From: Propionibacteriaceae bacterium
GTDB taxonomy: Bacteria > Actinomycetota > Actinomycetes > Propionibacteriales > Propionibacteriaceae
Assembly (NCBI GenBank): GCA_035257925.1
Contig: DATEWO010000236.1
Coordinates: 1 to 36,292, forward strand
DNA length: 36,292 nucleotides
Direction: 5' to 3'
The translations under genes and the position numbers were made by a program. Position 1 is the stretch's first letter. Every line of letters begins with the position of its first letter. Below are positions 1 through 8,468 of the stretch, in pieces. Under the pieces are notes generated by a model. It was not told the DNA's origin and ran no database searches. It was given only the letters and a program-made list of their open reading frames with translations.

Positions 1-1
1 T

Positions 2-172
2 CGGCAGGGCCTCAAGGTCGGTGCCCCTGAGGAGGCGGCCTGGCGGCAGGGCTTTCTGACCGATGAAGAGCTCGCCGAGCGAGCGGCCGCCTTGCTGAAG
101 TCCGGTTACGGGACCTACCTTGCCGACATCTTGGAGCGGCAGCGCCAGACTGTCCTGAACGTAGCGCGCTGA
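2..172 (+). CDS. rfbA: Glucose-1-phosphate thymidylyltransferase, C-terminal fragment (5' truncated by window edge)
   Basis: Frame 2 reads RQGLKVGAPEEAAWRQGFLTDEELAERAAALLKSGYGTYLADILERQRQTVLNVAR*, matching the typical RfbA/RmlA C-terminus (RQGLK..PEE.AWR.GF...KSGYG.YL). Not in the ORF track. Confidence 0.85.
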   Translation, partial: RQGLKVGAPEEAAWRQGFLTDEELAERAAALLKSGYGTYLADILERQRQTVLNVAR

Positions 173-213
173 GCGTCGTTTCTGATCACGGACGACAGCC
201 GGCAACCCCAAGG

Positions 214-2226
214 TCAGTTTTGGCGGCGCCCGCGCCGCGACCGGAGGTAGTCGGCGACCACGTATTCTCCGAGCCGGCTGATATCGGGGGTGAAGACCCG
301 ACCGCCGGCACGGCGGGCGAGGGCGTCAACGAAGCGGGCCAAACCTTCGTCATCGCCGAGCATGAAGGTGTTGATCGTCGCGCCGCGACGGGTGAGCTCG
401 TCTACCTCGGCGATGGTCGCTCGGAGCGTCTCCGACGTAGGCGGCCAATGAAAGTACGCCTCTCCCCCACCGGTCAGATGTGCAGTCGGCTCACCGTCGG
501 TGATGACGAGCACAACCGGCTCCGCCTCAGGATGACGACGCAGGTGGCGCGAGGCGAGCATCAGCGCATGCTGCAGATTCGTGCCTTGCATCCAGTCCGG
601 CTCCACCTCTGCGAGCTGGACCGGCGTCATGCGACGGGCAAACCTGTTGAAGCCGATGACCTGAAGCGCATCCTGGCGGAATCGGGTTTCCATGAGGTGA
701 TTGAGAGCCAGCGCCGTCTGCTTCATCGGACCCCAGCGTCCGTCGTGCACCATCGAGAATGAGAGATCGACGCAGAGCGCCACCGCCGCGCTGATCCGGC
801 GCTCGGTCTCGGTGACCTCGAAATCGTCGACGGCCAAAGCAACGCCGGTGGACGTCAGTCCCGATCGGCGCAAGGCGTTGGACACCGTACGCGGGGCATC
901 GATCGGCAGCTCATCGCCAAAAGCCCAGGGCCGGGTCAATCCGGTCGGCTCGTCGGCGGCCCCAGTCTGGTGGTCGTCATGATCGCCACGGCCGGACCCG
1001 TCGAGCTGAGCGAATACCCGCCGCAGGGCTGTCTGCCCTAGTCGCCGAACCGCACGTGGGGTCAAGCGCAGACCGTCGTCGCCTCGGGTCAGGTAGCCCT
1101 GCTCCTCCAGTTCTCGTTCAAGATCACGGAGAGCTTGCAGGTCGCTCAGAGCTTCACGACCAAGATGCTTTTCCAGCAGTTCGACATCCACATCGTCCAG
1201 CGTGGAAGTCCGGTCGCCCTGGGACAGCTGCGCTTCCAGTGCCTCCAGATCGGCCAGGTCGGCAACCGCCTCGACCGCGGCACTGTAGCCGAGCTGCTCA
1301 CCACCGGGGCGCATGTTCGCGGCCTGCTCCCGGTCCAGGCCGGGACGCAACGCCCGTAGGTTGTCCGCCAGCTGCGCCATCTCCGAAGCGAGATCGGCAT
1401 CAGCGAGTACATGGCTCAGCAGTTGGCCGAGCTGCTCCCGCTGCTCGGGGCTGAGCGATGCCATCAACCTCATGCCAGCGGCCTCACGGCGCGCCAGCGC
1501 ATCGATCAGCTCCTCGATCGTCTCCGGCTGCTCTGGGAAGAACTCGCCATGACGCTCCATGAAGTCAGCAAACTGATCTGTCGTATCTTCCTGCCGTGCA
1601 TGTGCAGCGAGCAGCGCATTGAGATCAGCCAACATGTCCTTTACCCGCTGCATGACCTCGGGATCCGGGGATTCCAGAGCCTGCTTGATGCCGGCAAACT
1701 GGGCGTCCAGCACCTCACGCTGCAGCATGCTCTTGATCGCCTCGAAGATGGCACGGGCCTCCTCGGATCGCCACGCGTATCGGTCGAGGCTGCGAACCGC
1801 GCCGGCAACGTCGTCGGGCACCGTCTCAAGCTCGAGCTCGGCCAGCCGCGCATCGTCGGTGTCGCTGCCGGCCAACGCTTCTCGCTCGGTGGCGAGCGCT
1901 TGGTCGAGCGCGGCTCTGACCTGATCGAGAGTCCCGCCGAGGTCACCGCGGCGTCGTGCCTGCGCACGCAGCCTTCTGATCTTGTCGACCAACCGATCGA
2001 GCCCGCCGCGACCGTCCACCCCACGGCGCATCAGGTCTCTCAGGGAGTCGGGTACGGTTCCCGCAGAAAGCACGTCGTGGCCGATCTTGTCGACAGCTGC
2101 CCGTACGTCGAAAGGTGGTCTTAGCGGGTCCGGCCCGCCGCGCCATGGTCCGTAGCGGAAGCGGTGATGGGCTCTGCCCGGCTCTTGACCGCCGTCGTGA
2201 TCGCGCCCGCCGCTATCGGAAACCAT
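214..2226 (-). CDS. von Willebrand factor A domain protein (Rv0959-like) with long helical N-terminus
   Basis: C-terminal MIDAS elements VDLSFSM, GTNL and VITDGEPT; N-terminal RFRYGPW.GGPDP. SD AGGAG upstream favours ATG at 2226 over GTG at 2232. Confidence 0.85.
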   Translation of the reverse strand: MVSDSGGRDHDGGQEPGRAHHRFRYGPWRGGPDPLRPPFDVRAAVDKIGHDVLSAGTVPDSLRDLMRRGVDGRGGLDRLVDKIRRLRAQARRRGDLGGTLDQVRAALDQALATEREALAGSDTDDARLAELELETVPDDVAGAVRSLDRYAWRSEEARAIFEAIKSMLQREVLDAQFAGIKQALESPDPEVMQRVKDMLADLNALLAAHARQEDTTDQFADFMERHGEFFPEQPETIEELIDALARREAAGMRLMASLSPEQREQLGQLLSHVLADADLASEMAQLADNLRALRPGLDREQAANMRPGGEQLGYSAAVEAVADLADLEALEAQLSQGDRTSTLDDVDVELLEKHLGREALSDLQALRDLERELEEQGYLTRGDDGLRLTPRAVRRLGQTALRRVFAQLDGSGRGDHDDHQTGAADEPTGLTRPWAFGDELPIDAPRTVSNALRRSGLTSTGVALAVDDFEVTETERRISAAVALCVDLSFSMVHDGRWGPMKQTALALNHLMETRFRQDALQVIGFNRFARRMTPVQLAEVEPDWMQGTNLQHALMLASRHLRRHPEAEPVVLVITDGEPTAHLTGGGEAYFHWPPTSETLRATIAEVDELTRRGATINTFMLGDDEGLARFVDALARRAGGRVFTPDISRLGEYVVADYLRSRRGRRQN

Positions 2227-2237
2227 GATCACTCCTG

Positions 2238-3641
2238 TCAGGCTGCGCCATAGATCGTCCGGCCCCCGACGGTCTCCTTCTCCAGCCGACGGGTCAGATA
2301 CAACCCCTCGAGCGTGAACTCAACCGCCGCCGCCACCTGCCCGCGCTCAGCCGCATCGTCGTAACCAAGTCGGGACAGCACCTTGTACAGGCCCGGCACG
2401 GCGCCCAGCTGCGCCAACAGATCAGACGCAGCGACCAGGTCACCCGTCTCCACGACACCACCCTGCGCGAAGACGTTGGTGAAGCCGGAGAGATCGAGAC
2501 CCGAGAGCCGATCACGGAACGTCGCCGCGACCGCGAGCCGCAGCAGGTGGTCTAGCACGGCTCGTTCCCGGCCCTCCTCCCCCATCTCGAACTCGATCTT
2601 GCCGAGCAGCGTCGGAAGTACGACGGCCAGATCGCAGGTGCGTGCGACCGCTGTTTCATGATCGCGGGTACGGGCGGCCCGCCGCAGTGCTGAAGCTGCC
2701 ACCCCTTCCGCGGCTGCAATCGCAAACCGGGCGGAGATACCCGACCGCTGGTCCACCGAACTGGACTCCCGAAGGTGTTGCGTGAGACGCGCCAGTACTT
2801 CCAGTAGATGATCACCAACCTCCGACACCAGCGTGGCTTCTTGACGGATCAGAGTCACCTCATCGGCAAGATCGGTGAGGTAGTGGGTCCGCAGCTCAGC
2901 GCCGAATCTGTCCTTCAACGGAGTGATGATTCGGCCGCGATTCGTGTAGTCCTCCGGATTGGCCGTCGCGATCATGAAGATGTCCAGCGGCAGTCGTAGG
3001 GAGTAACCGCGTACCTGGATATCCCGCTCCTCCAAGACGTTGAACAGAGCAACCTGGATGCGCTCGGCAAGGTCGGGCAGCTCATTGAGCCCGAACACGC
3101 CCCTATTGGCGCGAGGTACCAGTCCGTAATGCACAGTCTCCGGGTCCCCGAGTGTGCGACCCTGAGCCACCTTCACGGGGTCGACATCACCGATCAGGTC
3201 GCCGACTGAGGTATCGGGCGTCGCAAGCTTCTCGGTGTAGCGTTCGTCGCGGTGCCGCCAATCCACTGGCAACTCCTCGCCCGCCTCCGCCGCCAATGAG
3301 CGACACCGGACACACACCGGCGTGAACGGGTCATCGTGGATCTCACATCCGGCTACTTGTGGGCTCCACTCATCGAGGAGGCCTGCCAATGTCCGCATCA
3401 GTCGGGTTTTGCCCTGGCCGCGTTCGCCGAGTATCACCAGGTCGTGGCCAGCAAGTAGAGCGCTTTCCAGCTCAGGCAGCACCGTTTCGTCGAAGCCGAC
3501 AATGCCAGGAAAGGCGGCTGTCCCAGAGCGGAGTCGTTCCAGCAAGTTCTCGCGAAGCTCCACCTTGGTCCGGCGACTCACATATCCCGATTCCCGAAGC
3601 TCGCCACGTGTGGCTGGCTTCCGATGCAGAAGCTCGCGCAT
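2238..3641 (-). CDS. AAA+ ATPase of the magnesium-chelatase/MoxR-like type (Rv0958-like)
   Basis: Walker A GERGQGKT, variant Walker B FGLNELPDL, and ATANPEDYTNRGRIITPLKDRF. Directly upstream of the vWA gene. Start placed at ATG 3641, 6 nt after a TACTGT -10. Confidence 0.85.
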   Translation of the reverse strand: MRELLHRKPATRGELRESGYVSRRTKVELRENLLERLRSGTAAFPGIVGFDETVLPELESALLAGHDLVILGERGQGKTRLMRTLAGLLDEWSPQVAGCEIHDDPFTPVCVRCRSLAAEAGEELPVDWRHRDERYTEKLATPDTSVGDLIGDVDPVKVAQGRTLGDPETVHYGLVPRANRGVFGLNELPDLAERIQVALFNVLEERDIQVRGYSLRLPLDIFMIATANPEDYTNRGRIITPLKDRFGAELRTHYLTDLADEVTLIRQEATLVSEVGDHLLEVLARLTQHLRESSSVDQRSGISARFAIAAAEGVAASALRRAARTRDHETAVARTCDLAVVLPTLLGKIEFEMGEEGRERAVLDHLLRLAVAATFRDRLSGLDLSGFTNVFAQGGVVETGDLVAASDLLAQLGAVPGLYKVLSRLGYDDAAERGQVAAAVEFTLEGLYLTRRLEKETVGGRTIYGAA

Positions 3642-3748
3642 GGACCGACAGTACGACCTGACCCAAGCTGGCCGGATTTCCTGGCTCGCCGGTGCGCCGA
3701 GCGCCTCCCCCAACTCCTAGGTCCGAAAGAGTAAGTTGACTGGAACGA

Positions 3749-5047
3749 ATGCCGCACGAGGAGCCGCCGCGACGGATGCGCACCGCACGACTGGTCGGAC
3801 TCAGCCCGGATGGGAAGTCCTTGATCGTGGCTACCGAGAGCGGTGAGGAGTTCATGATCGAGGCGGATGAGAGGCTCCGTGCGGCGCTGCGCGGAGATCG
3901 GCCGCGACTCGGACAACTGGAGATCGAGATGGAAAGCTCACTCACCCCTCGCGACATTCAGGCGCGGATTCGGGCAGGCGAGACCCTCGAGGATGTGGCC
4001 CGAGTGGCAGGCATTCCCATGGATAGGGTCGAGCGCTTCGCCGCACCCGTCCTTGCCGAGCGCGAACACGTCGCGTCGATGGCCATGGCATCCTCGGTAC
4101 GCCGCAGCGGCGAGCCCTCCGGTCACCGCAGTCTGCGCATCACAGTCACCGAGCGATTGTTGGGTCGCGGAGTCGACATCGACGCGATCCGGTGGGACTC
4201 CTATCGCCTGGATGACGGCCGGTGGGCCGTGACCGCGGATTATCGAGCGGGTGACACGAGTCGGCACGCCTCATTTTTCTACGATCTTCGGGGCCGGTTC
4301 TCCATCGCGGCCAATGACGAGGCCCGGTGGCTGCTCGGCGATCAACACTCGTCACGAGGTTCGCAGCGAAGTCGCCCGCGGCTGGGGGAGGAATCCGAGG
4401 GTGACACCGAGCCAACACTGGTGAGCGACAAGCTGGCCCTCGCGCAGGCGGCTCACGAGGCCGCGCGAAGCCAGCCAGCCGATGAGCATCCGGATGAGGA
4501 CGAGGCGGATGAGCCCACGGTTGCGGTGCCCCGGGCGCTGCGCTCAGTGGCGGAACTGCCCAACGCGAGTGGCTTAGCCGATGAAGCAACTGAGGTGTCG
4601 CCGATTGGGACGCTCTACGAGATGCTGGGCGGAGACGGCTACAGCGAGGACTCACCGCGGGTATACGCCGGTCTGAGCGACGCTACTGCGGTGCCTGAGA
4701 CCGACACCGTTGCCGACGGCGGCTGGGAGCCGGCCATCGTGATCAACTATCCGGTCGAGCCGAGCATGCACGACGAAGGTGTCATCGACACGCCGGGAAC
4801 CGAGGAGCACTCCCCGAGCCCCTTCACGGCGACGACGACCGAACATGACTTGCCAGGCACCGACGAGCCTGGGCCACCCGATCTACCTGCGAACCTGGAC
4901 GATCGAACTGATGAAGCCCATGAGTTCGAGATTGAGTCGCTGGTGCACGTCGACACGCCGCCGGACCGAAAGAACGTCAAGCGGAAGCGAGCCTCCGTAC
5001 CGAGCTGGGACGAGATCATGTTCGGCGGACCCAAGCGTCAAAGCTAA
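3749..5047 (+). CDS. sepH: Septation protein SepH (DUF3071 domain)
   Basis: LRLVGLS-like N-terminus, LTPRDIQARIRAG HTH, VERFAAPVLAER, acidic disordered linker and C-terminal RASVPSWDEIMFG. Start may be ATG 3776. Confidence 0.88.
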   Translation: MPHEEPPRRMRTARLVGLSPDGKSLIVATESGEEFMIEADERLRAALRGDRPRLGQLEIEMESSLTPRDIQARIRAGETLEDVARVAGIPMDRVERFAAPVLAEREHVASMAMASSVRRSGEPSGHRSLRITVTERLLGRGVDIDAIRWDSYRLDDGRWAVTADYRAGDTSRHASFFYDLRGRFSIAANDEARWLLGDQHSSRGSQRSRPRLGEESEGDTEPTLVSDKLALAQAAHEAARSQPADEHPDEDEADEPTVAVPRALRSVAELPNASGLADEATEVSPIGTLYEMLGGDGYSEDSPRVYAGLSDATAVPETDTVADGGWEPAIVINYPVEPSMHDEGVIDTPGTEEHSPSPFTATTTEHDLPGTDEPGPPDLPANLDDRTDEAHEFEIESLVHVDTPPDRKNVKRKRASVPSWDEIMFGGPKRQS

Positions 5048-5071
5048 CGCCACACCGGTTTCGTTCAGTGA

Positions 5072-5917
5072 TCAGTTTCCGGTTGCGATCGGCCGGCTGG
5101 GGTCGCTGATCCAGTCACTCCACGACCCCGGGTAGATCGCGGCTGTCAGCCCAGCGGACTCCAGCGCCAGCAGGCTGTGCGAGGCGGTGATCCCGGAGCC
5201 GCAATAGAGCACCGCGTCCTCCCGGCCGCCAGCTTCGGCGTACAACCTGGCGATCTCAGCTGGCGGCAGAAATCGTCCGTCAGCCTGCAGGTTTGCCGTA
5301 GCCGGCAGATTGACCGCTCCCGGAATGTGGCCGGCCACTGGGTCGATGGGCTCGTGCTGCCCTGAGTACCTCTCGGCAGCGCGTACGTCGATCAGGGTGC
5401 GAGCCTCCGGCCTACCGAGCAGCGCTGAAATTTCGACGGCATTGAGTTGAGGCCGTTGGCCGGGCCGCGCGATGAAGTCACCTCTCGGTGGCGGGTCACC
5501 CGGACCTGAAACCGTCGGCAGTCCGGCGGCTCTCCAGGCGGCTAAACCGCCATTCAGAACCCTGACATAACGGTGTCCGGCATCAGTCAACAGCCACCAC
5601 AGCCGAGCAGCAGCCTGCGACGTCGCAGCATCGTAGGCGACAACCAACGAGTCCTGGCGTACGCCGATGTCGCGCATCGCCTGCTCGAAAACGGCAACCA
5701 CCGGAAGCGGGTGACGGCCGCCGACACCCGGCGGTCCGGTGAGTTGTGTCTCCAGATCCACCCAGACAGCACCCGGAATGTGGCTAGCCACGAAGTCCGG
5801 CTTGCCAGGTGGTCCGTTGACAGTCCAGCGCACATCAGCGACGACTGGAGGCTGGACGGAATCGAGCAGCTCCGCCAGCTCTGCGAGAGAAATCAGCACG
5901 GCATCAGAACTCGTCAT
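5072..5917 (-). CDS. Two-domain rhodanese / 3-mercaptopyruvate sulfurtransferase
   Basis: HIPGA motifs in both domains, GRHPLP, active-site loop YCGSGITA and C-terminal YPGSWSDW. Confidence 0.9.
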   Translation of the reverse strand: MTSSDAVLISLAELAELLDSVQPPVVADVRWTVNGPPGKPDFVASHIPGAVWVDLETQLTGPPGVGGRHPLPVVAVFEQAMRDIGVRQDSLVVAYDAATSQAAARLWWLLTDAGHRYVRVLNGGLAAWRAAGLPTVSGPGDPPPRGDFIARPGQRPQLNAVEISALLGRPEARTLIDVRAAERYSGQHEPIDPVAGHIPGAVNLPATANLQADGRFLPPAEIARLYAEAGGREDAVLYCGSGITASHSLLALESAGLTAAIYPGSWSDWISDPSRPIATGN

Positions 5918-6593
5918 CGGCTGCCCCGTTCTCGCCGAGTGGGAGCGGGTCGGAGAGGGTGGCCCGCGCCACAGCTCTCGTCACCCCGCGACGGTGATGC
6001 CGGCGGCACAGCACCTCGTACGCGCCTGCCTGCGGCGTCTCTTCGCCGTCCACATCGGAAACCGGCATGGTGTCACCCACCAGGACCTGATCACCCACAA
6101 GCACCATCTCTCCGTTGAAGGTTCGGGCATTGTGCGTGGCACGCTCACCACACCAGCACAGCGCCCGGACCTGAAGAGTCTCAATCCTGTCGCACAGTTC
6201 CACCAGCCGCTGGGAGCCAGCAAACAGCCGAGTCTGGAAGTCGGTGAGAAGGCCGATGGCAAACACGTCGATCCGTAGCTCATCAACGATTCGCGCCAGC
6301 TGATCCACCTGCTCCGCGGAGTAGAACTGCGTCTCGTCGCACACCAGATAGTCGATCCGTTGGCCGCTGGTGAGCTGGGCCACTACATAGCTCCAGAAGT
6401 CGAATTGCCATGTGACCTCGATGGCGGGCTTCGCCAGGCCGAGGCGTGATGAGATCGTCGACTCACCAGCGCGATCATGACTGGTGAACAGCCGACCTCT
6501 TCGGCCTGCGGTTCCTTGGGTGTAGTCGAGCTGCAAGGCAAGGGTCGACTTGCCGCAGTCCATCGGTCCGGTGAAATAGCAGAGCTCAGCCAC
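5904..6593 (-). CDS. tdk: Thymidine kinase
   Basis: GPMDCGKST Walker A, VCDETQF Walker B, GLLTDF, and Zn ligands CWCG and LCRRH. Start taken as GTG 6593. Overlaps the start of the sulfurtransferase gene. Confidence 0.9.
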   Translation of the reverse strand: MAELCYFTGPMDCGKSTLALQLDYTQGTAGRRGRLFTSHDRAGESTISSRLGLAKPAIEVTWQFDFWSYVVAQLTSGQRIDYLVCDETQFYSAEQVDQLARIVDELRIDVFAIGLLTDFQTRLFAGSQRLVELCDRIETLQVRALCWCGERATHNARTFNGEMVLVGDQVLVGDTMPVSDVDGEETPQAGAYEVLCRRHHRRGVTRAVARATLSDPLPLGENGAADDEF

Positions 6594-6627
6594 GCCGGAA
6601 TCCTGCCATCCCAACCGAACTCTCGAG

Positions 6628-7806
6628 TCAGGCCACCAGGAGTGGCACGAGCATCTCGGCTGGCGTCAGTGATCCATGCATGCCGATCAGGGTGTACTCG
6701 CGTGGAAAGGCACTCGTCATGACCGCCCAGTCCCCACGAAGGGCAACCAGCACATGCCCCCAGCGCTCTCGGAGTTGATCATCTATCGCCGCAAACCAGC
6801 CTTCGTCGATCGCCTCGTCCCGGGTCCGAACCCAAGCGAGATCGCCGAGCCGGTCGCGCCATCGGTCCGCCACCCGACGCGGTGGTTCGTGATCAACATA
6901 GAGCTGTCGGAAGCGACCCTCCCCGGCGAGCGCGGACAGACCCGCCATAAGTGCTGGATCGTCCTCGGCGACGATTCGCTGATCTGAGGGAATGTCAACC
7001 ATGCCATGGTCGCCGGTTATGATCACCGTCACTTGAGGAGGTAAGGCGGCGCGTAGCCGCTCGCACATTGCGTCGATCCGCGCCAGCTGCTGCAGCCAGT
7101 TAGCCGAACCGCAGCCGTGGACGTGTCCGAAATGATCAAGTTCACGCTCGTAGGCATAGACCACGCTGCGATCGCCGCGCATGGCTGCCTCAGCGATCAG
7201 CGCGATCCGCAGCTCCTCGGCACTTTCGTCGGAGAACGGGACGAAGGCGGCTCCACGAAGCGCAGCCTCGGTCAACCCGGTGCCTTGGAACCGCGCCAAG
7301 GCGACTGTGGTGACCGCGATTCCCTTCCTTGCCGCACGCTCGAAGAATGTCGGCTTGGATTGGTAGACCGTGGGAACCAGGTCCGATTCCCACGTCAAGG
7401 CATTCAAGATCTCGCCGGTCGACGGTACCCGCGAGGTGTAGCCAACAAGCCCATGCTGTCCGGGCGGCTGCCCGGTTCCCAGACTTCCGAGGCTGGTAAC
7501 CGTGGTACTCGGCACCGCGGACGTGATCGGCTGTGCGCCTCCCAGTAGTGATGCGAGAAAGGGGGCCGCCATGACCGCCCGTCGCAGCAAGTTCCAGCCG
7601 AGCCCGTCGATCAGCACGACGACGTAGCGGGCTGAATCTGGCAACCGAAACGCATCCTCTGTGTAACCAGACACATCCAGATGCGCACCAATGCTCGGCA
7701 TCAGTTCACCGAGGGTTGTGGACTGGTAGGCCGGAACAACCATCTCGGGCAGTGGCTGGCTGGCCGGCACCTCTGCCGAAGACCACCCCACTGCAGGTGA
7801 GGTCAT
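6628..7806 (-). CDS. Alkaline phosphatase superfamily / nucleotide pyrophosphatase-phosphodiesterase
   Basis: Metal-binding motifs VLIDGLG, PSTT (Thr nucleophile), ELDHFGH, TGDHGM and GMHGSLT. 4-nt overlap with the upstream gene. Confidence 0.85.
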   Translation of the reverse strand: MTSPAVGWSSAEVPASQPLPEMVVPAYQSTTLGELMPSIGAHLDVSGYTEDAFRLPDSARYVVVLIDGLGWNLLRRAVMAAPFLASLLGGAQPITSAVPSTTVTSLGSLGTGQPPGQHGLVGYTSRVPSTGEILNALTWESDLVPTVYQSKPTFFERAARKGIAVTTVALARFQGTGLTEAALRGAAFVPFSDESAEELRIALIAEAAMRGDRSVVYAYERELDHFGHVHGCGSANWLQQLARIDAMCERLRAALPPQVTVIITGDHGMVDIPSDQRIVAEDDPALMAGLSALAGEGRFRQLYVDHEPPRRVADRWRDRLGDLAWVRTRDEAIDEGWFAAIDDQLRERWGHVLVALRGDWAVMTSAFPREYTLIGMHGSLTPAEMLVPLLVA

Positions 7807-8381
7807 ACTGCAGCCGCTCGCTGCAGTGAGCTGGCGAACCGCACCAGGCGAGCGACTCGGTCCGGACCATCGGCTGCCGCGCTCATCCGCACTGTCAAGT
7901 CGTCACCGACAAGGGTCCCGGTGTATCCATGATCGGCTTCGCACTGCGGGTCACTGCAGGTCGCTAGCTCAAGGTCGATTCGACGTACCGCTCCCCAGCC
8001 CACCGACAGCCAGGTCTCGAAGACATCCTCCGAGCCAGCCTGATACGACGCAGGCTGGGTGAGGACACGAGTCAAGGCAACTGTGTTGATCTTGCTCAGC
8101 GCCACTGACTCCGTGGAGGAAGCCGCGTAGATCCCCGATGCTGGAGGCTCCGCAGGCTGGTCGTCGGTGTGGCCGATCACAAGTCGGGTGGGGGTCAGCG
8201 CAAGCACTGTGACATGGCGGTGGATCTCGTCGCGATTGAACGTCGGCTCGTGATGCACCACGAAATCCAGCAGCTCCTCATCTGCGAGGGCGATCATGAT
8301 TGCGTCCTCGACGAGTTCCGGGAAGTATCCGCACGCATCGATCTCGGCACGCAGATCTTTCCTCGTGGAGCCAATCCTCAT
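7803..8381 (-). CDS. DUF5998 family conserved actinobacterial protein
   Basis: GYFPELV, HHEPTF, HRHVTVLALTPTRL and CSDPQCEADHGYTG. Lies between the GNAT-ligase and phosphatase genes as in other actinobacteria. Start ATG 8381 follows TGG-CAGGAT by 7 nt. Confidence 0.75.
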   Translation of the reverse strand: MRIGSTRKDLRAEIDACGYFPELVEDAIMIALADEELLDFVVHHEPTFNRDEIHRHVTVLALTPTRLVIGHTDDQPAEPPASGIYAASSTESVALSKINTVALTRVLTQPASYQAGSEDVFETWLSVGWGAVRRIDLELATCSDPQCEADHGYTGTLVGDDLTVRMSAAADGPDRVARLVRFASSLQRAAAV

Positions 8382-8468
8382 GCCGATCATCCTGCCACGC
8401 ACTACCCACACTCCGCGTTGATCGGCTGTCGATTGCTGCGGCACCGGCAGATCGCTCAACGGCGGGAG

